NCBI GenBank assembly: GCA_013265495.1
Contig: MU057701.1
Coordinates: 434,001 to 498,000, forward strand
Length of the DNA stretch: 64,000 nt
Direction: 5' to 3'
Origin: Vicugna vicugna
Lineage: Eukaryota
Shown: in pieces, positions 22,901 through 36,974 of the stretch
How positions within the stretch are numbered: position 1 is the stretch's first letter
Layout: every line of letters begins with the position of its first letter
Made by a program: the position numbers and the translations under genes
The notes under the pieces: model-generated
Told to the model about the DNA's origin: nothing
Seen by the model: the letters and a program-made list of their open reading frames with translations, nothing else
The model's database searches: none

Positions 22901-24829
22901 AAAATTTAAAAGGTAAACTGTGCAAAACCTACCAAAAGAAAGTAGGCTTATGACAAAATCATGACTAGAAGTAAAGAGGGACACTTCATGATGATGATAT
23001 GCTTCGTTCACCAAGAAGATATAACAGTTCTAAATGTGTGTGCCTCATACATGTAGCCTCAAAATATATAAAGCAGAAACATGGACAGAATTGCAAGGAG
23101 GCAAAGGCAAATGTGCAGTGGTAGCAGAAGATGTGTTTATCAGGAACTGTGAAAACAAGCAGGTGGAGAACTAGTAAGAAATAGATTTGAACAACTGAAT
23201 AAGCAAGCTTTACCTAATAGATGTACATAGAATACTGCACCCACAACTCAGATCACAAATTCTTTTCAAGTGTACATGGAATGTTTATGAAAATTCTGGG
23301 CAATATAGCAAGTCTCAACAAATTTCAAATGATCTAAATCATACAGAGTACATTCTCAGACAGTGATGCAATTAAGCAAGAAAACAAGGGAAAAAGTAAG
23401 TAGAAAATATCTACATATTTGAAAACTGCATGTCCTCATAAATAACTCATGGATTTAGAAAATCACAGTGGGAACTGGGAAAGATTTTAAACTGGAAGTT
23501 TTTGAAAATACTACATCCTCAAATTAAGATGTAGCTAGAGCCATGCTAACACGGAAAGTTTTTAAATGAGTGTAATAAAAAATAATCCTGAACTAAATAA
23601 AAATAAGTGAAGTATTTTTCATGAGAAGTAAGAAAAAGAACAGCTAATTAAGCACAAAGAAAGTGCAAATAAATGGAAACAGTCAAAAGTTAATTCTTTG
23701 AAAAGACTAATAAAATTAATAAACCCCTGACGGGACTAATTCTTTAAAAGCACAAATAATGCCAAAAAAATGAAAAGGGGAGCATTTCTACAGATTTTTC
23801 AGTCATTTAAAAGATAATGAGACAATATTGTGAACAGTTTTCTGCCAGTAAGTCTGAAAATGTGATTAAAATAGACATGTTTCTTGAAAATACAATTTAC
23901 CAAACTGGCACAAGAAATATAAAACCTGACTAGTCCTATATCTTACTTTTTAAAATTAAGTCTATAGTTTAAAATCTTCCTACAAAGAAAATGTTAGACC
24001 CAGACAGCTTCACCAGTGAGTTATATTTAAGGAAAAAATAGCACCAATCTTACTCTCCTTCAAAGAATAGAAAAAGGAAATAATCCCTTAACCATAGGAG
24101 ATCAACACAACCTTGATACCAAAACCTAGCAGAGACTATCAAAAAAAAGGAAAGATAACAGGCTAATCTGACTCTTAAACGCAAAACTAAGCAAATGATC
24201 AGCAGAATGAATTCAGCAATATGCAAAGATGCTACATACATCACAACCAACATGGGCTTTTCTATGAACATCAGCTTGTTTAAAATCAATCCATGTAATT
24301 CATCATATTAATGGATTAAAAAAGAAGAATCATATGATCATCTTAATAGATACAGAAAAAGCTCTGAGTAAAATTCAACGCTATTATTTTTTTAAATGTA
24401 TGTACCAGCAAAGTAGGAATAAAAAGGAATTTTCTTGATAAAGGGTATACAGAATCCTCAACCAACACACCAAGTAGTGTAGAAACCTACAAGAATCATA
24501 CCAAGTAGTGAAATGTTGAAAGCTCTCCCTCTGGGTTGGCAGCAAGCATGCCTGCTCTGACCACTCGTATTTGGCATCATAGTGGTGGACCTAGCAAGTG
24601 CAAGAAATAGAACAAGTAAAAAGTAAAAGGTATAAATTTGAAAAGGAAGAAATTCTGTTTACAAGATGACCTGATATGTATGTTTAAAAATCCACAAATA
24701 TTCAATTAGAATTAACAAGTGAGGTTAGTAAGGTCACTAATATCAATGTTAAAATGTATTTCTACATACTAGTATATACTACATAAAGCAATAATCAAGT
24801 AGAATATAAAAAATTTTAAAAGCTGTCTT

Positions 24830-25420
24830 TCACATGCACACCAATGTTCATAGCAGCACTGTCTACAGCAGCCAAGACATGGAAACAAACTGACCGTCCA
24901 TCAACAGATGAATGGGTAAAGAAGGTGTGGTATGCATATACAATGGAATACTATGAGCTGTAAAAAAAGAGTGAAATAATGCCATTTGCAGCAACATGGA
25001 TGGACCTAGAGATTATCATACTAAGTGAAGTAAGTCAGAGAAGAACAAATATATGACATCACTTATCATATCTAAAAAATGATATACATGAACTTATTTA
25101 CAAACCAGAAACAGACTCACAGACATAGAAAACCAATTTATGGTTACCAAAGGGGAAAGGTAAAAAGGAGAGAGAGAAATTAAGGGTATGAGATTAACAG
25201 ATACACACCATTATCTATAAAATAGATAAACAACAAGGACCTACTGTATAGCACAGGGAACTATATTCAATATCTTGTAATAACCTATAATGGAAAAGAA
25301 TCTGAAAAAGAATATATACATGTATACATATAACTGAATCGCTTTGCTGTGCACCTGAAACTAACACAATATTGTAAATCAACTATAGTTCAATTTTAAA
25401 AAATTTTTAAGAAAGGGAAA
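24830..25420 (+). mobile_element. Younger L1 3' end nested in the older L1
   Basis: catgcacaccaatgttcatagcagc...gcagcaacatggatggacctagag...aacaaggacctactgtatagcacagggaactatattcaa. Confidence 0.88.
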
Positions 25421-25555
25421 TAACAAAAAGAGATAATACAGCAGTGTCAAAATATTGGATACATAAGGAATATATAGACTGAAATGTGTGCAGAATTCTA
25501 TGCAAAATTATGGAAAAAAATGAAAGAATATCTCAATAAATGGGAGTACACCATG

Positions 25556-25949
25556 TGTGGCAGACATGGAAACGTCATCTTGATGGCTCTTCAAGAAAGA
25601 ACTTACTGCGCAGCCGTGCAGATGTGGCCTGCACGTAGCCTCCAGTTGCAGAGAGCTGCCTTGCCTGAAGTTACACGGGTCCCAGAGCAGCATACATCCA
25701 GTAACAAGTAAGACAGGCACATAATTAGAACCATATCCACCCAATGCAGGACACTCCAAAACCCTTGAGACTGACGGCAACTCCCTGCTCCTTTGACTGA
25801 AGCTTTGTGGCACCAGCATTGCTGTGTGACCCCTTCCTGCGCCTGATTTTGCCACCTCCCCTTCCTTCCACCAGTGTTGATCCCTCATAAACGTCTTGCA
25901 CCTCAAACTCTGTCTCTGCCTCTGCTTCTGAAGACTCTAACCCGTGACA
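25556..25949 (+). mobile_element. ERVL-class LTR (LTR16-like), 5' LTR
   Basis: TG...CA termini, a cataaa poly(A)-like signal and an aaactctgtctc...tctgcttctg...tgaca end typical of ERVL LTRs. Confidence 0.7.
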
Positions 25950-27330
25950 ACTGACTCAGGAGGGGTCTGAGAAACCAAGTAATAAGATGGGATTCAGAGC
26001 CAGCTGGCAAGGAGGTCCCCATCACCGGCGGTGAGTAGGTGAGTCTCAGACAGCCCGTGGCACAAGGTGCTGGTTCAGTTGTTCACACGCCTTCTGTTGG
26101 TACATAAGGAGGGTGTCCTGGTCGAAGTGAAAGCACTAGCAGAGGTAGTGTACCAGGCACTTGAGACTTTTGGAGGAAACAGTTGCTATAGAGATGATGG
26201 GTTTGGATGGCTGTTGATAAGCATCATTAATGTTCTGCAGAAAGATGACAAAACAGCCAAGGTTAACGGGCAATTGAAAGCCAAGTGTGAAAACCAGAGG
26301 CCTCCTTGGTTGCAAATAACAAAGCCCTCATCTCCTGCAATGACGAGGCAGCAGAAGCTAAGGACCAAGACAAAGAATATTCAACATCCAGCAGAGGCAG
26401 GTCTGTGATGCCAAGATCAGGGCCCAGGATGCGATGGAAACATACGGGTGGAGACTCGAAAGATTCTGAGTCCCTAGCCTCCTGTGAACCTTCTGAGCCT
26501 GTCATCCCCGCACCCCCTGTAAGAGCTAGTACTCGCACTTGCTGGAACGGCATTCAGAAGCTTCTCCCTGAGGATTCCTCAGAATTCGCCCTCCTTGGCC
26601 ACTGTGCCTAAAACTAGCTTAAGTCACAGCATATGCCAGCTGGGGACATGCTAAGGGATTATATCCCACAAAAGAGCTGCAAACCCTAGCCAGTATGCCA
26701 GGGACTGGATTCTAAGGGTTCTTGATCAAGGGGGCCAGAAGGTAAAATTGGGTAAAGGAGGGTCTGTTGACTTGGAATTGCTCTCCTGAGATACAGGATT
26801 TAACATTCTGGTAAGGATCCCGGGTGCAAGCTCGCTACTAGAAAAGTTGAAATTCCAGAATCACCATGATAGAAGGTAGGGAAGTAAATTAAAAGGTTTA
26901 GGAGAGTAGGAACACTGAAGAGCCGGAATACCCACAAGATACGGGTTGTATTCCACAGAAGGTCTCAAAAGACACGCCATTTACCAGCCATAAGGAATGT
27001 GCTAGTTAGAGGGGCACCTGCTCCACCAGGAAGTTCAGTGGTGACTCTCCCGAGTAGGCCAGGGCTGACATTAGGGCAGGCTGTTAACAGAACTTGGCTG
27101 GTCGGTAGCAGTGGGAACGATTCTGAAACAATTGAGACCAGGCGGTGATGCTTATCCACTAGGAGCCAGGGGTCCCGAATGTCAGAATTACAGACAGGGT
27201 CAGACTGGCAGCCGAAGTAGCTTAGCCCTCAGAGAATCAGAGAGGGGACGGTTGCTGAGCCAGGTATCCCAAGGGACAAAATAGACGGGCAGCAAGCAAG
27301 GGTACCACACAGCTTATACCAGCAGAAGAA
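25950..27330 (+). mobile_element. ERV-L internal region, degraded gag
   Basis: Translated motifs DSPWHKV (26049), GWLLISII, DWILRVLDQGGQKVKL...LS*DTGFN (26703) and DTPFT / AIRNVLVRGAPA (26971) parallel recalled ERV-L gag motifs (DSPW, GWLL, WEWILRVWDNGGRNI, LSRDSAFN, EDTPFT, RGAPA). Stops and frameshifts are present. Confidence 0.85.
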
Positions 27331-28535
27331 ATCGGGGATAGTGGGAGATAATATTGAAGACTGTCTTTGTAAGCTGAGGGGAGGAAAGACTTCTTCAACA
27401 GGATACAAAAACCACTAACCAAACATTTAAAAATTAATAAACTGCATTAAAATGAAGAATGTCTGTGCATTTAAAAATTCCATGATGTACTTGATATAAA
27501 AGAGAAAGAGAAAGCGAAAAAGCACAAAGGCAAGTCACAAGTGCGAAGAGATATTTGCAACACATGTAACAAAAGGCTCATATCCAGAATATTTAACAAC
27601 TCTCACAGATCAACAAGAAAAAACTATCCCACAGAAAAGGAGATGAAAGGCTTCAACAGGCGGTTCAGCACAAAGGATGCCAAAATGACCAATAAACATA
27701 TTTTGAAGTGTTCATCCTCACCAATAATCAGAGATACAGAAATTAAAATCATAATAAGCTATCACTGCACACCCAGCAGGATGGCTAAAATCTAAGACTG
27801 ACCACGCAGACTGGTGGTGAGAACGTGGAACAATGGACTCTCTCAAACAGAGCCGGGTGAAAGTTTAAATTGGCATAACCACTTTGAAAAGCTGTTTGGC
27901 AGCATCTGCTAAAGGTGAACCTACTCTATAACCCAGCAATCTCACTTTACGAATATACCCAACAGAAATATGTGAACTTGTATGTCCAAAGACAGGTACA
28001 AGAATGCTCATAGCAGCATTATTTGCCATAACCAGAAGTTGGGTAAAACCTGTTAGCCATAGACCATTTGTGGGAGAATAAACAATCAAGTCATTGTGTG
28101 GTACAACTTAAATATATACAATTTTATCTTTCCATTATACTTCTATAAAGCTGGGGGGAAAATAAAATATGTAAAAGTCTACCTATAAAAAAGTATAATT
28201 AAATAAACTGCTATATTCTTACAATTCCATACTACACAGCAATGAAAAAGAATCAAGTACTGTTCCATCCAAGAACATGAATGAATCTCACGAATAACAC
28301 ACCAATGACAAAACAGTCCATACTCTGGGAGGCCATTTATACAAAGTTCAAAATGGAAGCAAAATTAAACTGCAGTGTTAAAAGATACTTGCTTAACAAG
28401 GAGATGATTGCCGTAAAACTCAGGACTGAGGTCACCTCCAAAGGGAGGTAGGAGGCTCAGGGAAACATTCTGAGCTGCCCGATTGAATGTTTTGTTACAT
28501 GGCTCTTTGCTTTGTGATAAAACAGTGAGCTGTAC

Positions 28536-28660
28536 CACAAGGTCCTGGGTTCAGTCCCCAGTACTTCCATTAAAATAAATGAATAAATAAACCTAATCAC
28601 CTCCCTCCAAATAAAAAAATTAAATTAAAAATAAATATAAATGAATAAATTTTTTTAAAA
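28536..28660 (+). mobile_element. 5'-truncated Vic-1-like SINE
   Basis: Begins at cacaaggtcctgggttc (B box), followed by the AATAAATAAACCTAATCACCTCCC tail. Confidence 0.85.
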
Positions 28661-29179
28661 AAATGAACCATACATCTCTGTTTCATACACTTTTCCGTGT
28701 ATTCTGTTTCACAATAAAGAAAAGGTTGAAAGACAACAGAAAAGTTGGTTATAAAATATTGGGCTGAATGTTTGCAAACCCAGTATGTTATATATTTGGC
28801 TTTCTTTTTTTTAAGCTTTTTTTTTTTTTAAAAGCCTCAATGATACTCTATGGAGTGTCCTAACATTTATCTACTGGTCCCTGGCCAGACTGTTTCATGT
28901 CGGGGGTAAATAATCTGGGGGACAAGAATTGCAGATTGCAGCAAGAGACGGTGTGAATGGGCTCAGGGTACCAGTTTGGCCTGGAGAAGCAGCAGCATCT
29001 TTGTGACAAGAACAGCACTGGGTTTTGCCCTTCCAGCTTCCCTTCCCAGGGAAGGCAGACCCAGAGAGACCATCCCTTAGGCTAGTTTTATGGTGCTGTC
29101 ACCCGCTCTTCCCAGACATCTGTGAGGGATAAAGTCCCCCAATTCATGAAGCAGCCATGCAGAAGTTTCTATTGTTGCC

Positions 29180-29380
29180 AAGGGCTGGAACAGGAAAGAA
29201 GGGGGGTGCAACTGTTTGATGGGTACAGAGTTTTCTTTTGGAATGACGAAAATGTTTTGGAACTAGAGTGGTGATCGCACAACATCACCAATAGGTGCTC
29301 AGTACCACTGAATCGTGCACTTTCAAATGGTTAATTTTATGTTATGTGAGTTTCATCTCAATTTAAAAACAAATAAAAGT
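29180..29380 (+). mobile_element. L1MB-like 3' UTR fragment
   Basis: ttgccaagggctgg...gggtacagagttttc...aaatggttaattttatgttatgtga. Confidence 0.75.
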
Positions 29381-29544
29381 TTAAAACCCCGCGGATAGAT
29401 TTAATAAACAAGGCTATATTTTTCTCCTTCCTTAACAAAGGCAGAAATATTTATTTCTAGCAGGAAGTAAATAGACTTTTAAAGAATTTCTGAGGTTCCC
29501 CAAACCTATCTGGTTGCTGTTTCTTGTTGTTGTTTTTTTTTAGG

Positions 29545-30085
29545 TTGCACAAAGTGAGTTTTTAAAGCTGTACAACATGATGGTTTAACATAGGTGTAAA
29601 CTGTGAAATGATCACCACAATAAAAAAATTAATACATTCATCACCTTACCTAGTTACCTTTTTTAGTGGGGATGGGAGGTAAGAACACTTAAGATCTACT
29701 CTCTTAGCAAATTTCAAGTGTACAATACAGTATTATTAAAATACTGTAGTCCATAAATAATGTATCATGCCATATATTAGACCCTTCGAACTCAGTCATC
29801 TTATAACTGAAAGTCTGCACCCTTAGGCCAACATCTCCCCATTGCCCCCCTTCTTTAGCCCCTGGCAATCACCATTCCACTTTCCTGGTTCTAAGAATCT
29901 TAATTTTTAATTGGGAAGTGCTGGGGATTGAACCCAAGACCTCATGCATGCACTCTACCACTGAGCTACACCCGCCCTCAAGAGTTTGACTTCCTTAGAT
30001 TCCACATAAAAATGAGCTCATACAGTTGTCTGTCTTTCTGTGTCTGGCATATTTCTGTTAGCACAGTGTCCTCCAGGTTCATCCG
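29545..30085 (-). mobile_element. L1MA-like 3' end (antisense)
   Basis: aacacttaagatctactctcttagcaaatttcaagtgtacaatac...cctggcaatcaccatt. Confidence 0.82.
29901..29977 (-). mobile_element. Vic-1-like SINE, short form with internal deletion, inside an L1
   Basis: Reverse complement of the tRNA-like head (ctggggattgaaccc...ctctaccactgagcta), lacking the anticodon-loop segment. Confidence 0.85.
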
Positions 30086-30646
30086 TTTTGCCTTTCAGTT
30101 CTTTGTTGCAGCCACCCACTTTCCCTCTCCCCTAGCTGGTTATTTGCAGTGTGTGTTTGCCTGGGAGCCCGAGCAGGCACCTCTCTGTGTCCGCCTCGGC
30201 CTCTGGTTCTCTGACCTTTTGCAGGCTCTCCCCCGGTGGTGAGCGCTGCTTTGCTGAGTCTGCATTTCTGCCGCTGGCCTCAAACTGATCATGACAGGAA
30301 GCTAGGCTTCCTGGGGTCCTGAATCAGCAGAGCAGGAAGGAAGTAAAGGCCACAGAACTGTCGAAGAGGAAGAAGTCAATTTGAAGGCAGAACCCGTACC
30401 TCTGAGGATGAGTCCAGAGAAGAGTAACATATGTTGTGCCTGGGGTCCCATCATCTGTGGCTAGAGGCACAGACCCTGGACCAAGGCTCCCAAAATGCTG
30501 TTTCCTATGATCAAATGACCTTGGGCAAGGCCTTTGCCTCTCTTGCTGTCATGTCCCCGTCTGTAAAATGGGAATGATTGTTGTGAGGGTTACAGGCATC
30601 TCAGATCATGGCTTGAACAGAATAAGTCTGCAGCAAAATTAGCTCT

Positions 30647-30805
30647 TTCTTTTCTTTTCTATTTTTTTTTTTTGATTTAAAAAAAAATTAGGGGGGAGAT
30701 AATAAAAGGTTTATTTATTTACTTTTAGAGGAAGTACTGGGACTTGAACCAAGGACCTTATGCACGCTAAGCATGGCTCTACCACCTGAGCGATAGCCCT
30801 CACCC
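30647..30805 (-). mobile_element. Vic-1-like SINE
   Basis: Reverse-complement head and tail, flanked by a tagctct repeat. Confidence 0.85.
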
Positions 30806-33299
30806 ATAGCTCTTACTTTCAAAGGTTCCAGTTTTAAAGCATGGAGTTTCAAAAAATACCCATTTATTTTCTTCCTGCCTTTCATCTCCCATGTTCCCAT
30901 TAATAACTAATACCAAACAAGCCAACAAACAAAACAGACCTGCAACCCTGGTAACCTATTTTGGGCATTTGCCATGGAACCGAGATTTCTTCCACAGGAA
31001 AATGGCACTCAAGCAGGAGCAGGTATCTGAGGACATTTTCATCCTGGACCCTGTTGTAACTGGAAATGGCATTCAGGGCCCACAAGCCCAACTCCCCTGT
31101 TTCTCACAGTTGAAGGTTCGGAGTGGAGCTGTTCAGTCGCAGAAGCGCATGGCTAGCCTGGTCGTTAGAAGCATTTGGATATACTAGGAAAAGCTCGGAC
31201 TCGAGGGTGAGTGACACAGGCCTTGCTTTGCCCAGAGACCCTGGGCTTCCTTCACTTCTCTGGGCCTTCCTGCCCATCACACTGGGGTGTTGGACTAAAT
31301 GGTCTTTAAAGTTCCTTCAGTTCAATGATTAAGGAGTCTACTCTTTTAATATCACCCCCACCTCCCGAAAGAAAAAAAAAAAAAGGAGTCATGGGGGTTT
31401 TACCTAAGAACCAGCTGGGGGGGGGGAGAAAAGACCCCTAAGGTCCTTTTAGAAAACAAAGCATGTTTTAATCATAAGTCAAATTTCACTTTTAGGGGAA
31501 AAAACAACCCTTAGGCATTTTCTGTTCTATTTAGTTTAACTTTAATCTTTCTTCCTGCAGATAAACTCTTCAGTAGAAAAGTTTGGGGAAGGCTTCTCAC
31601 ACTTTCCACCTAAGGGGGCCAGTTGACATACAGAAAAGGACTCCCTGGAAGCTGATTTACTGATCTGACAGAAAGTCACTGCCAAGAAAGAAAGTTTCAT
31701 GTTCAAATGACTTGACTAAATCTCTCATGGCATTTCTGATGCTAGAGGGTTAATCCTCTATGGAGACAGTGACAAGATGCCGGACTTTCTTTTTTTTTTT
31801 ATGGATTCCACATTCATAACCAAGTACTTGGCAATCTGCCTTCTCATATGTTACGAAACAAAAATGTGTTGCCGTCAGTGTGTTTTTAATGGGCCAAGCA
31901 GTTTGTTTGATTGCAGTACTTGGGTCTAGACTCAGAGACACCAGAACTTCCCTGCTGCCTTGTCACTGCTTTGATTATTATCTTGGTTTCCCTCTGTCTT
32001 TCTAAAGAACAGCTTGAGGCCTCAGGGGGGTGATGTCTTGGGAGCAGGCACAGGCCCCCAGCCATGGCCTAAACCCTTCAAAGGGATTCGCATCCAGATT
32101 TGCACAGTATTTTGCAAAACTTGCAGACGTCCACCGGTTTTAGATTTTGAAATTGTTGGCACAGCCCAAGTCTACCGTCGAGAAATTCTCATGAGTGGGG
32201 TGGAAACGATTTCCATAAACAAAGCAAACTCCAGTCTCTGCGGCCTTCTGTAGAAATATTTATACCCAAAGAGAAGGGTCCCTTCCAGCCCTGGGATGCT
32301 ATAATGTAAACATTTTGCTATAAATGAAGTGCTTTGTGAACAAGCTTGCCCATTCCCTCGGAAACTGCGCATAATTTTGCCTAAACACTTCTTTTGGCCC
32401 CATAGGCTTGGCTGAAAGGTAAACACCCCTGATGATTCCCCTTACAAGAAGAGGGCCAAGTGTTTATTGGATATAAGGTGGGTTTTTTTAAGGGGCCTTT
32501 AAAAAAAGTCTATTGACTTTAAGCCTTATGACCAGCTTTCATGGTATTCAGCAGACCTCCTTGCAGCCACAACAGTGAGCCCTCGGGTAACAGTTAGATG
32601 TGGTGGCCCAGAAGATGGCATCAAAGCCATGGGTTGAGTTATCAGTAGTTATTCAAATTCCTACTTGCACACAGCTGGATTTCTTTCCAGTGTAGCCTAA
32701 AAATTTTTTTCCTGGCCCTTGTACCATGTTCGCTCACGTGACTTAGTTACATAAAGGCTTTATTTGAAGTCAGGAGCGTCTCCGACACTACAAATGACAA
32801 TTGGAAGTGGATGGTGGTTGCTTTCGCCAGATAAAGCTGTGCCTCCCGGAACTCTCCTTACAGATGAGTAAGAGGCCACGGCCCCAGGCACCACAGAGCC
32901 AGCCTCCAGCGGCTCCAACAGCTGAAACTCACCCTCCTGGTATTCCTGACCTCTCCCTTGCCTGGTCCCCTTGTCCTTTCTGCCCGGTCTCTTCTTTTGT
33001 CCAGTTTTCCTTCTCCTCCTTTCTTCCCTGTTCAGCTGGAGTCGTATTCACTGAAGCAGAGGCCTTAACTGTATTTCATACTATTTTCCACAGCATCCAT
33101 GGGGTTGCTTCCATTTTCTTCTTTTCTTCCCAAACATCTCCAGTCTCCACGTACACGTACTAGGCCACCCACTCCCAGATCCACTATCCTTTGTATCATC
33201 AGGCAGCCCCAGTTCTGTCACTTGAGTCACAGGTGTGAGAGTTTCCTTATCGATTACTTTCATCTTGCTTTGGAATATGAGCTTATTTACTCATCCAAA

Positions 33300-33830
33300 T
33301 AACCATCCTCTTCCTCCTTAATTTTTTGGATGGAACGTGGCTGCCCAGCCTCTCTTGCAGCTAGAAGTTGCCTTGGAACAAAGAGATGTAATCAAAACCA
33401 TTATGAGCAGTGTCCAAAAAATGCCCTTAAAAGTGGACATGGGACACCCTTCTTTGCTCCTTCCTAGTTCTTACTGATTAGAACAGAGATATGTGCTATC
33501 TGGAGCTTGGATCATGAGGACACACACTGAGAACATCAAGCAGTAAGATTTGGTCTCTGTTGATTGGGGAGCCTCCATCGCAGCCCTGGACTGACTGCCA
33601 GCTTCTGTTACTCAAGTGAGATACTAAACTTCAATCACATTTTTCTTTTTAGGGGGGAGGAGGGGTAATTAGGTTTATTCATTTATTTGGGGGGGAGGTG
33701 CTGGGGATTGAACCCAGGACCTTGTGCATGCTAAGCACGTGCTCTACCACTTGGGCTATACCCTCCCCCTAAACTTCTATCACATTTAAGCCACCATTAT
33801 TTTTGAAAGCTATGTAGCCAAATGTACATT
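33300..33830 (+). mobile_element. MaLR (MLT1-like) LTR split by a SINE
   Basis: cccagcctctcttgcagctag...cagccctggactg...taaacttc...ttaagccac. Confidence 0.6.
33643..33768 (-). mobile_element. Vic-1-like SINE inserted in a MaLR LTR
   Basis: Full head and tail. 19-bp TSD ctaaacttc(a/t)atcacattt at 33624-33642 and 33769-33787. Confidence 0.92.
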
Positions 33831-34039
33831 CTCACATATGGAATTTATCCAATCATATTGCACATGAATCAAACTCTGGACCCACACAGAAGGATGGGCC
33901 TTGCCGAGGAAGAAAGAAGTTTGGATGACTCCAAATCCTTTTGAGTAGTTTTCACATGTTTACCAGACTCCTTCAAGTGCCACAAGTGATATCCAATAAT
34001 GGCTTTAATGACCAGAGGCAGAAGATATTTTAACATTTT

Positions 34040-35790
34040 GTAACCTTTATTTTTTGGCATAATTGCAGATTTACCAACACATTGCAAGAACAGTACAAGG
34101 AGTTCCATGCAGCCTTCACCAACGTTCCCCACATGTTAATGTTTTACCCCATTTGCTTTATTGTTCTTTTATATCAGTTTTTTTTCCTGAAGCATTTGAG
34201 AGTGAGTTGCAGACACGTTGCCTCTTTACCAGTTGACACATCGAGTGTGTATTTCCTAAAAACAGGGGGTTATGCGGCAACATAACTGCAACAAAACGAT
34301 CAAAATCAGAAAAGTTAATTCTTACCCAATATTATTAGCGAGCCTATTGACTTTTTCCAGATTTTGCCATTTGCCCCAGTAATGTCCCTAATGCCCTAAA
34401 GGAAGGACAAGAGAAAACCCCAAATGATCTGCCTCATTCTGTTCTAGTGTCTTCCTAATCCTCTTCAACCTGGAAAAAATTTTATCTTGCCCTGTCTTTC
34501 CTAGCCTTGACATTTCGGAGGAGACAGTTCTTTTGTAAACCGTCCCTCCGTTTCAGTACATCTGATGCTTTTCTCATGATTAGATTCAGCCTGTGCATTT
34601 GGGGCCGGAATCCTCCGGAGCTGACGCTGTGTTATTCTCAGTGCATCATATCGGCAGACAGTTTGTCCCGTTAATAGTGATGTTAACTTTGACTATTGGT
34701 TAGGATGGTGTCTGCCAGGTTTCCCCACTGAAAGTCACTATTTTCTCTTTGTAAAATTAGTAAGTATCTTTGGAAGAGTGTTTCCGGAACCAATTCTAAT
34801 ATGAGGCAAGTGGTCTGGACTTCCCCCCACCAGTCAGCAATTCTCAAGACACCAGCAGAGTATCCAAGAATTCAACTCAATTCTGACCCTACCTACCCAG
34901 AGATAGAATTCCACAGGGAGAGGGCTCCGTCCCACAAGACCACCATCCACTTCAGATGCCTGTCACAAGCCCACGTTATTATTATTACTTGTGCTTCTGA
35001 CCGAGTGGCTATAAATCAGAGGTTCCCACAACTCTCTCCTCGAGTTTGATTGATTTTCTAGAACGCCTCACAAAACTCGGGAAAACCTGTTTACTCATCA
35101 GATTACTGATTTATTATAAAAGGGTTTTGAGAGATACAAATCAAGAGCTAGATGAAGAGATACGAAGGAAAGGTTATGGGAAAGTTTCTCTCTGAACACA
35201 CACCACTCTCACCAAACCTCCGCGTGTTCACCAACCCAGAAGCTCCCCAAACCCTCTCCTTTTGGGTTTTTATGGAGGCTTCATGACACAGGCATGATTG
35301 ATTAAATCATTGGCTATTGGCAATTCATTCGACCTCCAACCCGGCTCCTTTCCCCGGAGATGGGGGATGGGGACTGAAAGTTCCAACCCTCTAATCTCAT
35401 GGTTGGTTTTCCTGGCAACCGGCCCCTACTCTTGGGTGGGATCCAAAAGTCACTTTCCCTGAAGCGTTTTCAGGAACTCAAGACAAGAGACCAAATATTA
35501 TCCCATTGCTCTTGTAGCTCAGGAAATTCCAAAGGTTTTGGGAGGTGTGAGCCAAGAACGATAAATGAAGACCAAATATGTGAGAAATATATATTTAGGT
35601 CATCTGAATGACCAAATACATATTTCTTATAAATCATGATATCACAGTCTTGTGGAGAGAGATTCTGAGACTGTGTAAATACCCTGATAATCCTCCAACT
35701 TTCACCCACTAATTTTAGCATTCATTGATGATTCTTGCATGAATGAGCTATTACTATAATGGTTACCCAATAGTGATTTTATAACACTTT
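34040..35790 (-). mobile_element. L1MC-like 3' UTR (antisense) interrupted by an LTR
   Basis: tgcagatttac...ttgcaagaacagtacaag and gattagattcag...ttctcagtgcatcatatc motifs; the element resumes at 35647. Confidence 0.75.
34771..35646 (-). mobile_element. Solo LTR, MER21-like
   Basis: The minus strand begins TGTGATATC...TATTTGGTC and ends in CA. 5-bp TSD atctt / gtctt. Removing it restores continuous L1MC sequence. Confidence 0.8.
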
Positions 35791-35864
35791 TTTCTCTTAT
35801 TGTCTTTCCCAAGGAGGATTGAAACTGATTTATTTTTAAAAACTTCTATTTATCGACTTTAAAA

Positions 35865-36004
35865 AATTTTTTCATTTTTTGGGAGGGAGGTAATTAGGTT
35901 TTCTATATATTTGTTTATTTATTTATATGGAGGTACTAGGGATTGAACCCAGGACCTCATGCATGCTAAGCACTTGCTCTGCTGCTGAGCTATATCCTTC
36001 CCCC
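35865..36004 (-). mobile_element. Vic-1-like SINE
   Basis: Reverse-complement head (gattgaacccaggacc...gagctata) and ggtaattagg tail. Confidence 0.88.
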
Positions 36005-36974
36005 TTATTTATTTACTTTTTAGGCCATGCTATTGACATATGAGGATTGAAATTTCAAACATGAAAGCAGGAACCCAAGCATGTAGAGGTTGTCTCCAGG
36101 AACACTATAAATAAAAGTAATTTCCCTACTAAGAACTCTCTTTTTGAGCCCAGAGCATGTGTCTGGCACTGTCCCTGGGATTCAAAATAAATGAGACAGC
36201 TCCAAATCCTCAGGGAGCACACTATTTTTAATGTAGGGGGCACAAATGTGAACAGACATTTTTCTACAACAGGATAAGTGCCATTCCTGGGTGATTTAGA
36301 ACCAGGTGCCTTGCATGGCGGGGGCTAGTTTCCTCTGTTGAGTGGCGTGAGAGCACCCGCCCTGCTCTGTCATAAAACTGCATTAAATTGCACTGATTTC
36401 TGTGTAAGATAACGAACTTTCTGGAAAGCAGAAACTTGAACTCTATCATCATTAAGTCTGAGGAACTTGGGGGCCCACAGAGAAGCAAGACTACAGGAAA
36501 GAAAGAATTCGCTAAGTAAGGCAGCTTCCCTGTCCTAGAACCTCATTGTCCTGGCACCCTGCTTGTGGGAGTCTCATTCAACATCATGTCAAACACGAAA
36601 TACACCCACATCCCATAGTACATCAATTTATGTGTATGCATATTAGTTTCATATGAATTGACTTTCACTGGTTAGTTGACCTACTATATGTTGTCAGCTT
36701 TTGATTAATTTCAAATAAGTTTCTTTTTACAGTCAAAAGCCAATACATTTTTTTTTAGGTCTCAAAAAAATCTTCTTGTAGATTTTACAAAGCTCATAGG
36801 CCCTAGGAACTGCACTTGAAGTAACTGATAAACTTTTTTTTAAGTTGAAAGAAGTTTTATTTATCTCAGAGACAAATGCCCCTGAATTAATCAAATTTAC
36901 TTCTTAAAGAAAAAAAAACTTTATAGAGATGTAATTCACATACCATAAATTCACCCATTTAAAGCATACAATTC

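Larger units (their letters stand above)
22920..28730 (+). mobile_element. Large degraded old L1 (ORF2 endonuclease/RT through 3' UTR) with nested insertions
   Basis: Endonuclease-region (caagaagatataacagttctaaatgtg) and RT-region (aaaattcaac, gatgacctgat) remnants. Interrupted by a younger L1 tail, an ERV-L and a SINE. Confidence 0.8.
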
